From sequence record PV808483.1: a stretch of DNA of 57,756 nucleotides. The stretch is one strand, 5' to 3'. The translations under genes were made by a program, and so were the position numbers. Source of the DNA: a phage. This document shows, piece by piece, positions 27,551 through 38,144 of the stretch. The number at the start of each line of letters is the position of its first letter. Position 1 is the stretch's first letter. A model generated the notes under the pieces. It saw only the letters and a list, made by a program, of their open reading frames with translations. It was not told the origin of the DNA and ran no database searches.

Positions 27551-30118
27551 ATGGCACAGTATCCGATTGATATAAAAATAGACACTGGTAACGCTGACAG
27601 AAATCTTAACAGTCTTAATAACCAGTTAGACCAAACAGCTAATTCTGCAAAATCTGCTGCACAAGCGGCAAACACTTTATCAAAAAGTGAACAGCAAGCT
27701 GCAAAATCTGCACAAGTAATGGCGTCAAATACTGGTAACGCTACATCATCTTTAAAGACGATGGCATCTGGCGTAAATCTTGCAACAAACGCCGTTCGTG
27801 GTTTTATGGCAATAGGTGCGGTGTCTTCTGCTATTGAGTTAGGAAAAGCGTTTATTGTTGCGGGTGATGCAGCTAATCAACTCGAAGCTCGTATTGCAAG
27901 ATTGACCGGGAGTACATCATCAGCCAAACAAACATTTCAAACACTCGCGGATATTGCCTCTAAAACAGGTGGTGGTCTTGCTGATACTGAACGTTTATGG
28001 GAAACCTTATCATCATCATTAAAGGATAGCGGTGCAACAAACGATCAGATATTACGATTAACTGAAACACTTCAAAAAATAGGTCGTGTTGGTGGTTCAT
28101 CTGCTGAAGAAATGTCTAACGCATTACGTCAGTTTGGTCAGTCAATTTCATCTGGTGTAGTTCGTGCAGAAGAATTTAACAGCATTGTTGAACAGATGCC
28201 AGAACTGGCAAGACAGATGGCTGCTGGTTTAGGTATTTCAATGGGTGAGTTACGTCAGCAAATGCTGAATGGTGAACTTACAGCGGAACAAGCATTGAAC
28301 GCTATCATTCGTCAAACGCAAAATGTTGATGAAGAATTTAGCAAATTGCCACGGTCTTTAGATCAGGCCACAAATTCGTTATCTGTATCGTTAGCCACGT
28401 TTGTTGCAAGCATGAATGATGTGACTGGAGCATCAAATCTTGCTGTAGACGCTATTGATACACTTACAGGTTTCATCAATAAATTAGGCGATGATTCAAC
28501 AACAACTGCTGATAAATTGTGGTCAATAGCTGGCGTAATATCTAAGTTACAACCTGGTGCTATCGGAGCATCCCTTGCCGATCTGGTCTGGTCAAATGAT
28601 GATGTAAATAATGCAAAAGCGTACAATGACCAGGTTGATAGATTTGTTAAAGCATCTGCTGCTGGATACGAACAAGCTAAAAAAAACCGTGATGCTACAA
28701 AACCTATTTCTATAAAAGGGACAAATGCATCAGACGCGGAAGCACAAAAACAGATTAAAAATCTGAAAGAGCAGATCACCTACACCCAGGCGCTTGCTGA
28801 CGGTAACTATGAACTGGCAGCAAGTCAGAAACTGGGTAATAAAGCAACTAAGGAACAGATTGCAGACTATGCTGCATTGTTGAAACAACAGGCAGAATAT
28901 AAAGAAAATCAAAAAAACCAGAAAAAATCAGCGAGTGCTGAAGCATCTGCGGCTAAACGTGCACAGAAAGAACTGGAACGTAATCAGGCTGCTAACCAGA
29001 AATACCTGAAAACGCTTCAGGATAAAATCAATGCTGGTAATTATGATGTTCAGTTAGCACGCGAACAGGTTCAGATTGCTTTAACACAGGGGTCGTCTGT
29101 TGAACAACTTACAGCAACATATCAGAAAGAATATCAGGTACGTCAACAGTTAACGCTGGCTTCACAACAAGCAGAAGCACAGTCACGACTGAATAAAGAC
29201 GCGACTGATGCTGAACGTGCCGCTGTTGATGCACATGTGGCTGCATTGCAACGACAACAGCAGGCAGCACAGTTAAGCGCAGGTTTCAAACAGGTACAAA
29301 CCGATGTACAGGGTGAGTTAAACCCGTATCAATCACAGGTTGATCAGGTTAATCAACAGGAAGCACAACGCCTTACTGTCATACAACAAGCCCGTGAACA
29401 AGATTTAATTAACGAGCAACAATACCAGGATATGAAAACGCAGATTCAACAGGCTGGGGAACAAGCCCGTACGAATCTTGCAAACGCTAACTACAGCTTG
29501 TTGCTACAATCCAGTGCTGATTTTTTGGGTCAAATGGCTGCTGGTCTGGCACAATCTAAAGGTGAGCAATCAAACGCGTATAAAGCAATGTTTGCACTGT
29601 CTAAAGCCTTTAGTATCGCACAGGCGAGTATTAACCTGTGGACAGCCGTTAGTCAGGCTATGGCGTTGCCGTTCCCGGCGAATATTCCATTCATTGCACA
29701 GGCTTTATCATACGGAACAAGCGTGTTGGGTAATATTCAGTCTGTGGCTGCAACAGGTTTTGCAACGGGTGGTTATGTTAAAGGTCCGGGTACAGGTCAG
29801 AGTGACAGTATAAACGCACGTTTGAGTAATGGTGAGTTTGTCAGTACCAAACAGGCTACCAGTCGTTATCGTAGCACTCTGGAAGCAATGAACCGTGGCA
29901 CATATACACCAGGATCTGAAGGTAGTTCGTCACCTAATATTCAGGTTCATAACTACGGTGGTGAACGTGTTCAGGTGAAACAAGGATTAACACGAGATGA
30001 CGTAGTGCTTATCATAGGTGAAGAATTCCCACGACAATCAGCGGCACAATGGAATGACCCGTACAGTCAGACGAATAAAGCGTTCAGGTCTAACTATGAT
30101 GCGAACAGGAAAATATAA
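27551..30118 (+). CDS. tail tape measure protein
   Basis: ~856 aa, Ala/Gln-rich and helical; follows the chaperone pair; start at ATG 27551 with AAAAGG upstream. Confidence 0.75.
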   Translation: MAQYPIDIKIDTGNADRNLNSLNNQLDQTANSAKSAAQAANTLSKSEQQAAKSAQVMASNTGNATSSLKTMASGVNLATNAVRGFMAIGAVSSAIELGKAFIVAGDAANQLEARIARLTGSTSSAKQTFQTLADIASKTGGGLADTERLWETLSSSLKDSGATNDQILRLTETLQKIGRVGGSSAEEMSNALRQFGQSISSGVVRAEEFNSIVEQMPELARQMAAGLGISMGELRQQMLNGELTAEQALNAIIRQTQNVDEEFSKLPRSLDQATNSLSVSLATFVASMNDVTGASNLAVDAIDTLTGFINKLGDDSTTTADKLWSIAGVISKLQPGAIGASLADLVWSNDDVNNAKAYNDQVDRFVKASAAGYEQAKKNRDATKPISIKGTNASDAEAQKQIKNLKEQITYTQALADGNYELAASQKLGNKATKEQIADYAALLKQQAEYKENQKNQKKSASAEASAAKRAQKELERNQAANQKYLKTLQDKINAGNYDVQLAREQVQIALTQGSSVEQLTATYQKEYQVRQQLTLASQQAEAQSRLNKDATDAERAAVDAHVAALQRQQQAAQLSAGFKQVQTDVQGELNPYQSQVDQVNQQEAQRLTVIQQAREQDLINEQQYQDMKTQIQQAGEQARTNLANANYSLLLQSSADFLGQMAAGLAQSKGEQSNAYKAMFALSKAFSIAQASINLWTAVSQAMALPFPANIPFIAQALSYGTSVLGNIQSVAATGFATGGYVKGPGTGQSDSINARLSNGEFVSTKQATSRYRSTLEAMNRGTYTPGSEGSSSPNIQVHNYGGERVQVKQGLTRDDVVLIIGEEFPRQSAAQWNDPYSQTNKAFRSNYDANRKI

Positions 30119-30621
30119 TGAGCAATACAGATGATTTACCACGGCTTGAGTACGGCGCGAAAATGGTGTTACCTGAGCGTGATAATTACAGTTATAACCC
30201 GCCGTGGGGTGTAACTAAATCTGATATTTCCGGGACGCTATCACGGTTAGGTCGTAGCGCCTTTGGTGGTCCTGCTCAGGTGTCGTGTACAATTCAGTTA
30301 TATAGTCCTGCGATGCTTCAGTGGTGGGACGATTTTTATAATCTGGAAATCGCTGAAGGTAGTAAGCGGTTTATGATGCAACTGTTTGTGAACGGTTTGA
30401 TTCAGGAACACGTTGTTCAGATTGTCAGTAACCCGTCATCCTCTGTTGTAGGATGGAAAGGATCTGTCGATCTACAGTTGCAAGCTGTTCCGGTAATCGA
30501 CCGTTGCGCAATGGCGTCACGATTGTTAATCACTAAATGCCAGGGTGATTACGCTGCTTGTTACCTTAAAGAAATTATTGATACTGGCTTACTCTTAAAC
30601 AATGCGTGGACACCAGAATGA
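30118..30621 (+). CDS. minor tail protein (lambda gpM-like position)
   Basis: 167 aa; ATGA overlap with the tape measure stop. Confidence 0.45.
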   Translation: MSNTDDLPRLEYGAKMVLPERDNYSYNPPWGVTKSDISGTLSRLGRSAFGGPAQVSCTIQLYSPAMLQWWDDFYNLEIAEGSKRFMMQLFVNGLIQEHVVQIVSNPSSSVVGWKGSVDLQLQAVPVIDRCAMASRLLITKCQGDYAACYLKEIIDTGLLLNNAWTPE

Positions 30622-31124
30622 AAGACGAACTGCGTGAATTATTAACCGTTGCAACAACTGGTAAAGGTGTTGTTGACGGTGTGAAACTGAATCATAGTTC
30701 ATGGCCCAATCCGCTATACATCACCAGTGTTTATCCGGGATTTATCGCTGTGCATGAAGACGGTAAGGAATATGAGTACGAGTACGTTCCGATGTCCGTC
30801 AAGAAGGCGAATAAACAAAACGATTTATCACAGGATTATTCATTCACCATTCAGGATCTGAATGAAGTTGTCGGTGTATATCTGGACTTAATTCCGCTTG
30901 ACAGTAATGAAAAACCATCTGTTGAGTTACGAACGTTTGTTTATCGTGAAGATGGTTCCATGTCTGATATTCAGGATGGGCCATATCTTCTGGAATCTGG
31001 TGACATTACTACCGAACCACAGGGTTGTACGTTCACAGCATCACCACCTATTACAAACTTCGCCGGGACAGGTGAATTATATACGTTCGAACGTTTTCCT
31101 ACATTGCTGGCGTATGCAACATGA
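30618..31124 (+). CDS. minor tail protein (lambda gpL-like position)
   Basis: ORF 30606..31124 with start placed at the ATG at 30618 overlapping the upstream stop. Confidence 0.45.
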   Translation: MKDELRELLTVATTGKGVVDGVKLNHSSWPNPLYITSVYPGFIAVHEDGKEYEYEYVPMSVKKANKQNDLSQDYSFTIQDLNEVVGVYLDLIPLDSNEKPSVELRTFVYREDGSMSDIQDGPYLLESGDITTEPQGCTFTASPPITNFAGTGELYTFERFPTLLAYAT

Positions 31125-31480
31125 TCGGTGATCGCTACGATATTGATAAATGGAATTGTACACACGAGGTCAGTCAGTGGTATCAGGTGCACAATTACCC
31201 ACACGTATTGAAAACTGTTTCAGGTGATGAATGGGATATTGCGTTTGTCAGATGGATGCGAAAACGTTTTTCACCAATTACCACACCGGAACAAGGCGCA
31301 CTCGTATTGATGAAAAACAGATATTCAGGCGGTTTTCATGTTGGCGTGTGGGATTGTGGAATGGTTCATCATTGTTATCAACCACCGGGTGATTCACCAG
31401 GACAGACAATCAGATCACCTTTAAGTATAATCAAGACAGCACATAAAGAAATCACGTTCTGGAGAATGAAAAGTGTCTAA
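31121..31480 (+). CDS. tail assembly protein with NlpC/P60-like Cys/His motifs (lambda gpK-like position)
   Basis: NCTHEVSQ...FHVGVWDCGMVHH. Confidence 0.45.
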   Translation: MIGDRYDIDKWNCTHEVSQWYQVHNYPHVLKTVSGDEWDIAFVRWMRKRFSPITTPEQGALVLMKNRYSGGFHVGVWDCGMVHHCYQPPGDSPGQTIRSPLSIIKTAHKEITFWRMKSV

Positions 31481-34001
31481 AGTCATTTATCACACTAATC
31501 CTGTTGAACACGCGGATAACGTTGACTTTGGTGAATGGATGCTGAAACGCTGGCCTGTGGGTACAGTTCGTCCGCGTGGGTTACTGATTTATAAAAACGA
31601 CGAAAACATTACCCAGAAATGGGTCACTGACCCCAGCGTATTAACTGATCCTGATGCTGTTTATCACATTTATGAATTACCAAAAGGTGGGGTGGTTAGT
31701 GCAATAACGAAAGTTATTAGCACAATTCTAAACCCCATTTTAAAATTGTTCATGCCGAATACCAGTGCGTCGGCTAATCTTAAGAACTCACGTTCAGCGT
31801 CGTCTAACAACGCGCTTCAGGGGCGTACCAACGCTTCACGACCGGGTGAACGTATCTCTGATATTCGTGGTCGTGTACTGGCATATCCCGATCTGTTAAT
31901 GGACTACCGAATCTTCATTGACCGAACAGAATATGAAGTTCAGTTTCTGTGTCTGGGTGCTGGTGAATACGAAGTCGAAGATGTTCGTGATGGTATTACA
32001 CCTGCTGTAAATATCAGTGGTGAAAAATTAGACTTTTATAAAAAAGGTAATGCACCTGGGTATGGTTCTCCGTACATGAATATCGGTGGTGCAATTGATA
32101 TTAACACTTTCCCGATCATGGTTGCCAAGTCATCGAACGAAGCAGACGGGTCTGAAGTCAAGCCGCCAAACTATGCTGATATTAGTAAAGCAAGTTTTAA
32201 AATTTACAGCACTGGTGAAATTGACACTACGATTACCAGTGATGATAACACTACGATTGACTGGTCGGAACGTGCACCTATCGGTAGTAAAATTCGTTTA
32301 TCACAGTTTTACAGTTTTACACCTAATACTTTACCGTTAAACACGTATGTACGTAATGACCTGTCCGGTGAATACGATGTTATTTATGCAGGTGAGAATA
32401 CTTTAATCATTGATACTACGGATCGTGATGGTTGGGATGCTCTGTCTGAAAATGGCCAGGCTGCATATACACAGGCTTATTTGCGAAACGACGGTTACTG
32501 GGAATTTGAAACCACTGAAGGAAGTGGAAGTTTTTTATACAAATTTTCACCGTCTCTTGATAGTACCATGCCATATATTGTCGGGCCTTATCTGATTGAT
32601 AGTGCGGATAAACTGATGATCAACCTTTATGCACAGAATGGCGTGTATAAAACTGATGGTGATATTTATCCGTTTACCTGTGACTTCCAGGTAGTCTTGT
32701 CAGACCCGAACGGTGTAAAAGCAAATGTGACACATTCTATGTCTGTCAGTGGTCGCTATACGGAAGCTGTAGGCAGTTCGTTAATTGTGGATAACCCTTT
32801 TGATGGTCCTGTCAACGTGTCTGTAAGACGACTATCAAACACAGATAAAGACTTCGAAGGGTCTGTTGTTGACAACATCAAGTGGCGTGATTTATATGCT
32901 ATCACGAACGTTTCCCCGCGTTCCTACGGTGATGTGACATTGATCCATACTGTGACGAAAGCAACAAACGCTGCACTGAAACAAAAAGAACGTAAATTAA
33001 ACATGATTGCAACACGCGTGTATAACGATGTTGCAAGTAGTAATTTTGCAGACGTTGTAATGTCAATGCACACAGATCCTTTATTTGGTCGTCGCACATT
33101 GGACACCATTGACCGTGATGCTTTATATACTGTTCAGGCACAACTTCTTGAATATTTTGGTGACCAACGAGCAATTGAAGTTGGCTATACATTTGATAAC
33201 AACAGTACGACGTATGAAGAAGGATTGGACACTATCTGTAACACGGTGAACATTAAACCGTATCAGATCGGTAGTGTATTGTATTTTTGGCCTGAATTAC
33301 CACAGGAGCAGTCTGCAATGCAATTCGGTCACGCGTTTAAGATTCCTGACAGTGATAAGCGCACACGTTCTTTCGCACCACCTAAAGAATATACTGGTGT
33401 TCAGGTTAAATATTTCGACCACGATGAAAAATCGTATTTGTATGTAACTAAAGGTGAAGAAACAAATCTTAACAAGATTGACCTTGTTGCGTGTCAGTCG
33501 CGATATCTAGCAAATATCCGTGCTAATCGTGAGATGAATAAATTACGTTATCAACGTATTACTCACGAGTGCACAGCGCTTAGTATCGGGTTACAGGCTA
33601 CCCCGGGTATGCGTGTGGATATGATTGACAATACCCGTATGAAACAACACGAAGGTGTTGTAGTTGACGTTGACGGTTTAACACTTATTCTTAGTGATCC
33701 TGTTACGTTCACCACGGGTAATACATACAGTATAACGTTGACACACCGACTGGGAACACTTGAAAACATTCCTGTAACTGCTGGGGATGATGAATTTTCA
33801 GTGGTAATGGCTTATCAACCATCTGAAGAAATTTATACAGGATGGTTGCGTGACCGTACCGCATATATAATCCGTGCTGATGACGAACGTAGCAAATTAG
33901 CAATGCTTGTTCAGAGTATGGAACCGTCAGGAAGGGATAACAATTATCAGGTAGGTTTAACGTGCATCAATTATGATGCACGTTATTATCAGGATGATTA
34001 A
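31473..34001 (+). CDS. tail tip or central fibre protein (lambda gpJ-like)
   Basis: 842 aa; last gene of the tail block in the lambda J position. Confidence 0.6.
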   Translation: MSKVIYHTNPVEHADNVDFGEWMLKRWPVGTVRPRGLLIYKNDENITQKWVTDPSVLTDPDAVYHIYELPKGGVVSAITKVISTILNPILKLFMPNTSASANLKNSRSASSNNALQGRTNASRPGERISDIRGRVLAYPDLLMDYRIFIDRTEYEVQFLCLGAGEYEVEDVRDGITPAVNISGEKLDFYKKGNAPGYGSPYMNIGGAIDINTFPIMVAKSSNEADGSEVKPPNYADISKASFKIYSTGEIDTTITSDDNTTIDWSERAPIGSKIRLSQFYSFTPNTLPLNTYVRNDLSGEYDVIYAGENTLIIDTTDRDGWDALSENGQAAYTQAYLRNDGYWEFETTEGSGSFLYKFSPSLDSTMPYIVGPYLIDSADKLMINLYAQNGVYKTDGDIYPFTCDFQVVLSDPNGVKANVTHSMSVSGRYTEAVGSSLIVDNPFDGPVNVSVRRLSNTDKDFEGSVVDNIKWRDLYAITNVSPRSYGDVTLIHTVTKATNAALKQKERKLNMIATRVYNDVASSNFADVVMSMHTDPLFGRRTLDTIDRDALYTVQAQLLEYFGDQRAIEVGYTFDNNSTTYEEGLDTICNTVNIKPYQIGSVLYFWPELPQEQSAMQFGHAFKIPDSDKRTRSFAPPKEYTGVQVKYFDHDEKSYLYVTKGEETNLNKIDLVACQSRYLANIRANREMNKLRYQRITHECTALSIGLQATPGMRVDMIDNTRMKQHEGVVVDVDGLTLILSDPVTFTTGNTYSITLTHRLGTLENIPVTAGDDEFSVVMAYQPSEEIYTGWLRDRTAYIIRADDERSKLAMLVQSMEPSGRDNNYQVGLTCINYDARYYQDD

Positions 34002-36037
34002 ATCAATCCATAAATGGCATTGTGTATTACGACACCCCCAACAACAGAGGAAACATTGAAATTAATTTCAGCTTTGTAAGCTCCTGGTGGAACACAATCT
34101 ACCAAAGCATAAAAATTGAACGTGCCTCCTGCTGAGATGTTATATCCCATGGAGTCCGCGACAGCATTTCCTTGTTGGTCAAGGAACCTAAGTGACGCCA
34201 GGGTGGTTGTTGTATTTTTAGCCCAAAAACCAAGCTGAAAATAACGACCTGGCTCACAATCAATGATTGTTTGGGTGAAATTAGCTGCTGCGTCAGATGA
34301 TGGTACAGATAAAACAAAAGAAGTTGAAAACATTAAATCATTAGGAACATCGTTTGTTGTAGTAGCAGTGACAACTCCTGTTCCAGTTTGCGAGAGTGTC
34401 CAGTTAGATATGTTTAAAAACTGTCCTGAGCCATTACTGATGCTATTAATATAAGGGCTTACAATGCTCCCTAAATTCCAGTTACTTGTGATAAATCCTG
34501 CCCGTGGATAGCACCCTCTGGACATTACTTTTTTGCTCGCGCCACCTATCAACTGTCTTGTGGGAAATCCGGTAGCAATCGTTGTATTCCCATAGAGGGG
34601 TAACGAGCAATTATTTAGGCTAACAACCCCATCGCCGTTGCTAACAATAGGTACACTGGTATACCCGTCTGGGAGTAGTATCGTCGAATTACTGACGGTT
34701 AATCGTGAACTGCCATCCACAGTAAACCCAACGAAACTCTGACCAGGTTGGTACTCAATGTTACCGTTTGTGAAAACCACTGTTGCGTTATCTGATAACG
34801 CAACAGTAGGGTCAAAATATCCTGATTTTTTACCTGCCGGTAGAGAGCAGCTATCGAATATAAATTGACCATTAACAAACGTGAAAGGTCCACCGTTGTC
34901 AACCATCCAGCAGTGATTAAATTTTATAACCTCACCGGAATTCGCTGGTGAATTGAAAATAGCAGAATTTGTAAAACTTCTGGACAACGCGCATTTATCA
35001 AAAAGAATACGATATGCATTATCAAGAAACTCAATTCCGGCAGTTGAGATAAACCCACTATTAGATATTCTTAACTCTGATACTACACCACTGGTAGAGC
35101 CACCGATAGCCAATTTCCTGGAACCTTTTCCGACGAATGACACACCACTCATCAAAGCAGTTGCGTTAACTGCATCTCTGTTAATGTAATCCGCGCCTGT
35201 ATTAATAATGGTTAGGTAGTAGTCACCGGTTACAGATGCAGTTTCTGTTAAAGTACATTTATTTTTTCCAATAAGTGCGCCTTTTGCTATGTCGAAAATA
35301 ATCGGTGTTGTTATCTCACCAGAAACAGGAACCACACAGTCAAATCCGGCAGCGTTTATTTTGTTGATGAATACCGCCAAATCTTCGGTTCCAGTATAAC
35401 CAGCATCATACACGTCCACGGTGCCGTTGAAGAATTTTCTTTTCCATACCACACCGTTTCCGGGGAAGGTAACAATATTGTCTACAGTAGTAGTCGCGCT
35501 AACAGCTACCATAATACCACCACCAAAATTAAACCCGCTCACATACGAATCAAGAATTATGGAATCACCAATTGATCCTGATATCGATGATAACTCAGAA
35601 ACTGATGATACAGTCCCTATATAAGACAAACCATTTGATTTGTTTAAATCAGAACGTAACATTAAATCCGTCTGATTAACCCAGTGTGTAGCATCAATAC
35701 CACCCGTAGTTGCAGGTGTTGAACCAGGTGGAACAATTTTAGGCAACATACCCATCCACTGGTAATAATTACCTTCTGATTCATATAGTAGTGTTTCCCA
35801 ACGATGGTTAATAGTACTACCGCCTTCAAACGAACCGTCTGCAGGTTTAAAACCAACTGAACTAAAAAAACCGTCAAGTGTTTTGTTAGTAACTGATTCA
35901 CCACGGATAGTATCCGTTACTTTCAGTGCAGGGTTACCAGCAGCATCACGACTTTTTGTAACGTGTTCAATATGTAAAATCGCTTGTTTGCCTGTTTTCA
36001 AATCATCAGCACTGATATAATCGTTACAGTTAGCCAT
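33998..36037 (-). CDS. tail fibre or tailspike, receptor-binding protein candidate
   Basis: ORF 33998..36064 trimmed to the ATG at 36037 with GGAG upstream; Gly/Ser/Thr/Asn-rich repetitive sequence; reverse orientation. Confidence 0.55.
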   Translation of the reverse strand: MANCNDYISADDLKTGKQAILHIEHVTKSRDAAGNPALKVTDTIRGESVTNKTLDGFFSSVGFKPADGSFEGGSTINHRWETLLYESEGNYYQWMGMLPKIVPPGSTPATTGGIDATHWVNQTDLMLRSDLNKSNGLSYIGTVSSVSELSSISGSIGDSIILDSYVSGFNFGGGIMVAVSATTTVDNIVTFPGNGVVWKRKFFNGTVDVYDAGYTGTEDLAVFINKINAAGFDCVVPVSGEITTPIIFDIAKGALIGKNKCTLTETASVTGDYYLTIINTGADYINRDAVNATALMSGVSFVGKGSRKLAIGGSTSGVVSELRISNSGFISTAGIEFLDNAYRILFDKCALSRSFTNSAIFNSPANSGEVIKFNHCWMVDNGGPFTFVNGQFIFDSCSLPAGKKSGYFDPTVALSDNATVVFTNGNIEYQPGQSFVGFTVDGSSRLTVSNSTILLPDGYTSVPIVSNGDGVVSLNNCSLPLYGNTTIATGFPTRQLIGGASKKVMSRGCYPRAGFITSNWNLGSIVSPYINSISNGSGQFLNISNWTLSQTGTGVVTATTTNDVPNDLMFSTSFVLSVPSSDAAANFTQTIIDCEPGRYFQLGFWAKNTTTTLASLRFLDQQGNAVADSMGYNISAGGTFNFYALVDCVPPGAYKAEINFNVSSVVGGVVIHNAIYGLI

Positions 36038-36063
36038 CTTTAAGTCTCCAGGAGTGTAGAACA

Positions 36064-36387
36064 ATGTCTGATAACCCAGTGTTGAGGTATTGGCCTATAA
36101 TAGCATTTGTTGCCACGGGGTTGGTAGGTTACGGGGTAACTCAAAACCAAATCAATTCTAATGAAAAAGATATTGCAGATGCAAAAACCTATGCACATGA
36201 GGCGCTTAATCTGGCAAAACGAGTGGAATCCCGTGTGGATGTTCATGATATCAAAATCGAATATCAGGCGACACAGAACGCTGAAATTCTCACCAGTGTT
36301 AAAGAGCTAACACAGTCAACAAATGACCTGAAAGTTGTTATTGAAGGTTTGAAAGCGGAACAACGTAAAACCGGGAGTAAGCAATGA
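36064..36387 (+). CDS. membrane-anchored coiled-coil protein, lysis-associated candidate
   Basis: One N-terminal transmembrane segment YWPIIAFVATGLVGYGV followed by a helical region; first gene of the lysis block. Confidence 0.4.
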   Translation: MSDNPVLRYWPIIAFVATGLVGYGVTQNQINSNEKDIADAKTYAHEALNLAKRVESRVDVHDIKIEYQATQNAEILTSVKELTQSTNDLKVVIEGLKAEQRKTGSKQ

Positions 36388-36773
36388 GTAACTTTAAATT
36401 CAGTCAGAGAAGCGAAAACAATCTGAAAGGGGTTAACCCAGATCTTGTGAAAATTGTGCGTCGGGCACTTCAGTTATCACCCGTTGATTTCGGTATCACA
36501 GAAGGTTTACGAACTGTTGAACGACAACGACAACTGGTTGCTGCAGGTAAAAGTCAGACAATGAACAGTCGTCATATTTCGGGTCATGCTGTTGATGTGT
36601 TTGCCTACCCTACATCAGCCGGATCATGGGAATGGAAATACTACGAACAGATCGCCGCTGCTTTTAAACAGGCTGCTAAAGAACTGAATATCCCTGTTGA
36701 ATGGGGTGGTGACTGGAAAACACTGAAAGATGGTCCACACTTCCAGTTACCACATGCGAAATATCCCGCGTGA
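36384..36773 (+). CDS. endolysin, L-alanyl-D-glutamate peptidase (Peptidase_M15-like)
   Basis: SRHISGHAVDVF and WGGDWK motifs; overall resemblance to the T5-type endolysin as I recall it. Confidence 0.75.
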   Translation: MSNFKFSQRSENNLKGVNPDLVKIVRRALQLSPVDFGITEGLRTVERQRQLVAAGKSQTMNSRHISGHAVDVFAYPTSAGSWEWKYYEQIAAAFKQAAKELNIPVEWGGDWKTLKDGPHFQLPHAKYPA

Positions 36774-36783
36774 GATAATAATC

Positions 36784-37014
36784 ATGGACAAATTCAGCAT
36801 ATTACGTAACACAACCGGGGGGATCTCTTTAAGCCGCGCACAAGCGGCTTTAGGCTTCCTCGTGGTGACAGGTATTCTGATTTACCAGGCAGTAGACCGC
36901 ACACTTGATGATACAGTGTTATTAACCTATTTCGGTTTCTGTATAGGTCAGTATGTTGGTGCTAAAAAAATCGCTGTAGATAAACAACGAGGTACGCCAA
37001 ATGACAACCCGTAG
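36784..37014 (+). CDS. putative holin
   Basis: 76 aa with two hydrophobic helices; ORF 36730..37014 trimmed to the ATG at 36784. Confidence 0.5.
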   Translation: MDKFSILRNTTGGISLSRAQAALGFLVVTGILIYQAVDRTLDDTVLLTYFGFCIGQYVGAKKIAVDKQRGTPNDNP

Positions 37015-37399
37015 TGTGTTAATCACCGTTGTTGCAACTGTTCTGGTATTAGGCGCTGGTGCGTATACGTGTTACCACGCGGGATATAAAGCACGGGTAA
37101 ATGAAGAACGTCAGGAACGTTTAGACGATGCACAACGGGAACAACAACGGTTAAAAGCACAACAGGAACTGGCGGATGATGTACTTCGTGGTTTAGCTGA
37201 CTGGTCACAGAATACTAAAATCGTGGAAATACGACATGAAAAGACTAATACTGTTTTTCGTAATGAGTGTCTTACTTCTGAATATCAACGCCTGTACAAC
37301 GAACGAGTTACCGAAGCAGAAGCCCGTTTATCAGGCCGCATTAGTTCAGAAGTGTCAGACCGAAAACCTTCCACGGCTGAACGGTCTGACAGGAAGTGA
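37001..37399 (+). CDS. i-spanin (Rz-like)
   Basis: N-terminal transmembrane helix, then a charged coiled-coil region (ERQERLDDAQREQQRLKAQQE). Confidence 0.6.
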   Translation: MTTRSVLITVVATVLVLGAGAYTCYHAGYKARVNEERQERLDDAQREQQRLKAQQELADDVLRGLADWSQNTKIVEIRHEKTNTVFRNECLTSEYQRLYNERVTEAEARLSGRISSEVSDRKPSTAERSDRK

Positions 37400-37484
37400 T
37401 TCAACAGATGTTAATGACCAGTGGTTAGATATTTATTTCAAATGTGCAACTATTCACAACGCATTAGTAGACAGTCTTCAGTAA
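37236..37484 (+). CDS. o-spanin (Rz1-like lipoprotein), overlapping the Rz gene in another frame
   Basis: Signal peptide MKRLILFFVMSVLLLNINAC with a lipobox-like INAC. Confidence 0.5.
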   Translation: MKRLILFFVMSVLLLNINACTTNELPKQKPVYQAALVQKCQTENLPRLNGLTGSDSTDVNDQWLDIYFKCATIHNALVDSLQ

Positions 37485-37697
37485 ATCTTCAACCGACACC
37501 TCAACCCACGATGCGGGAACCGGATATTCAGTCCGGTACATGAACAAGGATGTTCCTATCAACCCGTGTGGATCTGTTTTAATCCCTCGCATGTTCAACA
37601 ATGGAAAAAACTGTTCGCGTGTTTGTGGCAATCTTGCAAAGCGTCCTGTCGGGCGTTTAGCAGGATCCATAGGGTTGAATTCAACGATTGTGGACAT
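37464..37697 (-). CDS. hypothetical protein
   Basis: 77-aa ORF, last gene of the reverse-strand early operon. Confidence 0.4.
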   Translation of the reverse strand: MSTIVEFNPMDPAKRPTGRFARLPQTREQFFPLLNMRGIKTDPHGLIGTSLFMYRTEYPVPASWVEVSVEDLLKTVY

Positions 37698-37703
37698 AGT
37701 GAG

Positions 37704-38144
37704 TTACTCCAGTGAATAGATTGTAATTTCGCAATCAATGTTGTTCAATTTTTCATAAATCAAAGGTCTGACTACTGACCATGATAAACCACCATTTGAA
37801 CAACCTAATCGTGGTAATGAAACTGAACGTATTTTAAAGTGTCTGATGACTTTTATAAGATCGTCCAAACCATATTCAATCCATTGTAATTGTGAAGGAT
37901 TACACCAATGCTCTTTAGTTGGAAAATTAATAATTATCTGATTGTTTTCAGATGTGACAAACATTTTTCCAACTTTTACATGGTGTTGTTCACACGCTTT
38001 TCGGTACTGTTTAAAATTGTCAGGAAAGGTTCTTTTAAACGCTAAAGCAATACCTTTACCCATTACACCAACGCAATTCACCGTGTTTACTAGAGCATGT
38101 GAATTGCTTTTAAGAAGGTCCCCCGTGACTTCTATTACTGACAT
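37704..38144 (-). CDS. macrodomain protein (DarG/TARG1-like ADP-ribose-processing fold)
   Basis: LVNTVNCVGVMGKGIALAFKRTFPDNF and PRLGCSNGGL motifs. Confidence 0.7.
   Translation of the reverse strand: MSVIEVTGDLLKSNSHALVNTVNCVGVMGKGIALAFKRTFPDNFKQYRKACEQHHVKVGKMFVTSENNQIIINFPTKEHWCNPSQLQWIEYGLDDLIKVIRHFKIRSVSLPRLGCSNGGLSWSVVRPLIYEKLNNIDCEITIYSLE

Noticed and set aside
28363-28912. Reverse-strand ORFs inside the tape measure gene
   Set aside because: They are antisense to an 856-aa gene with coherent composition, so they are most likely spurious.
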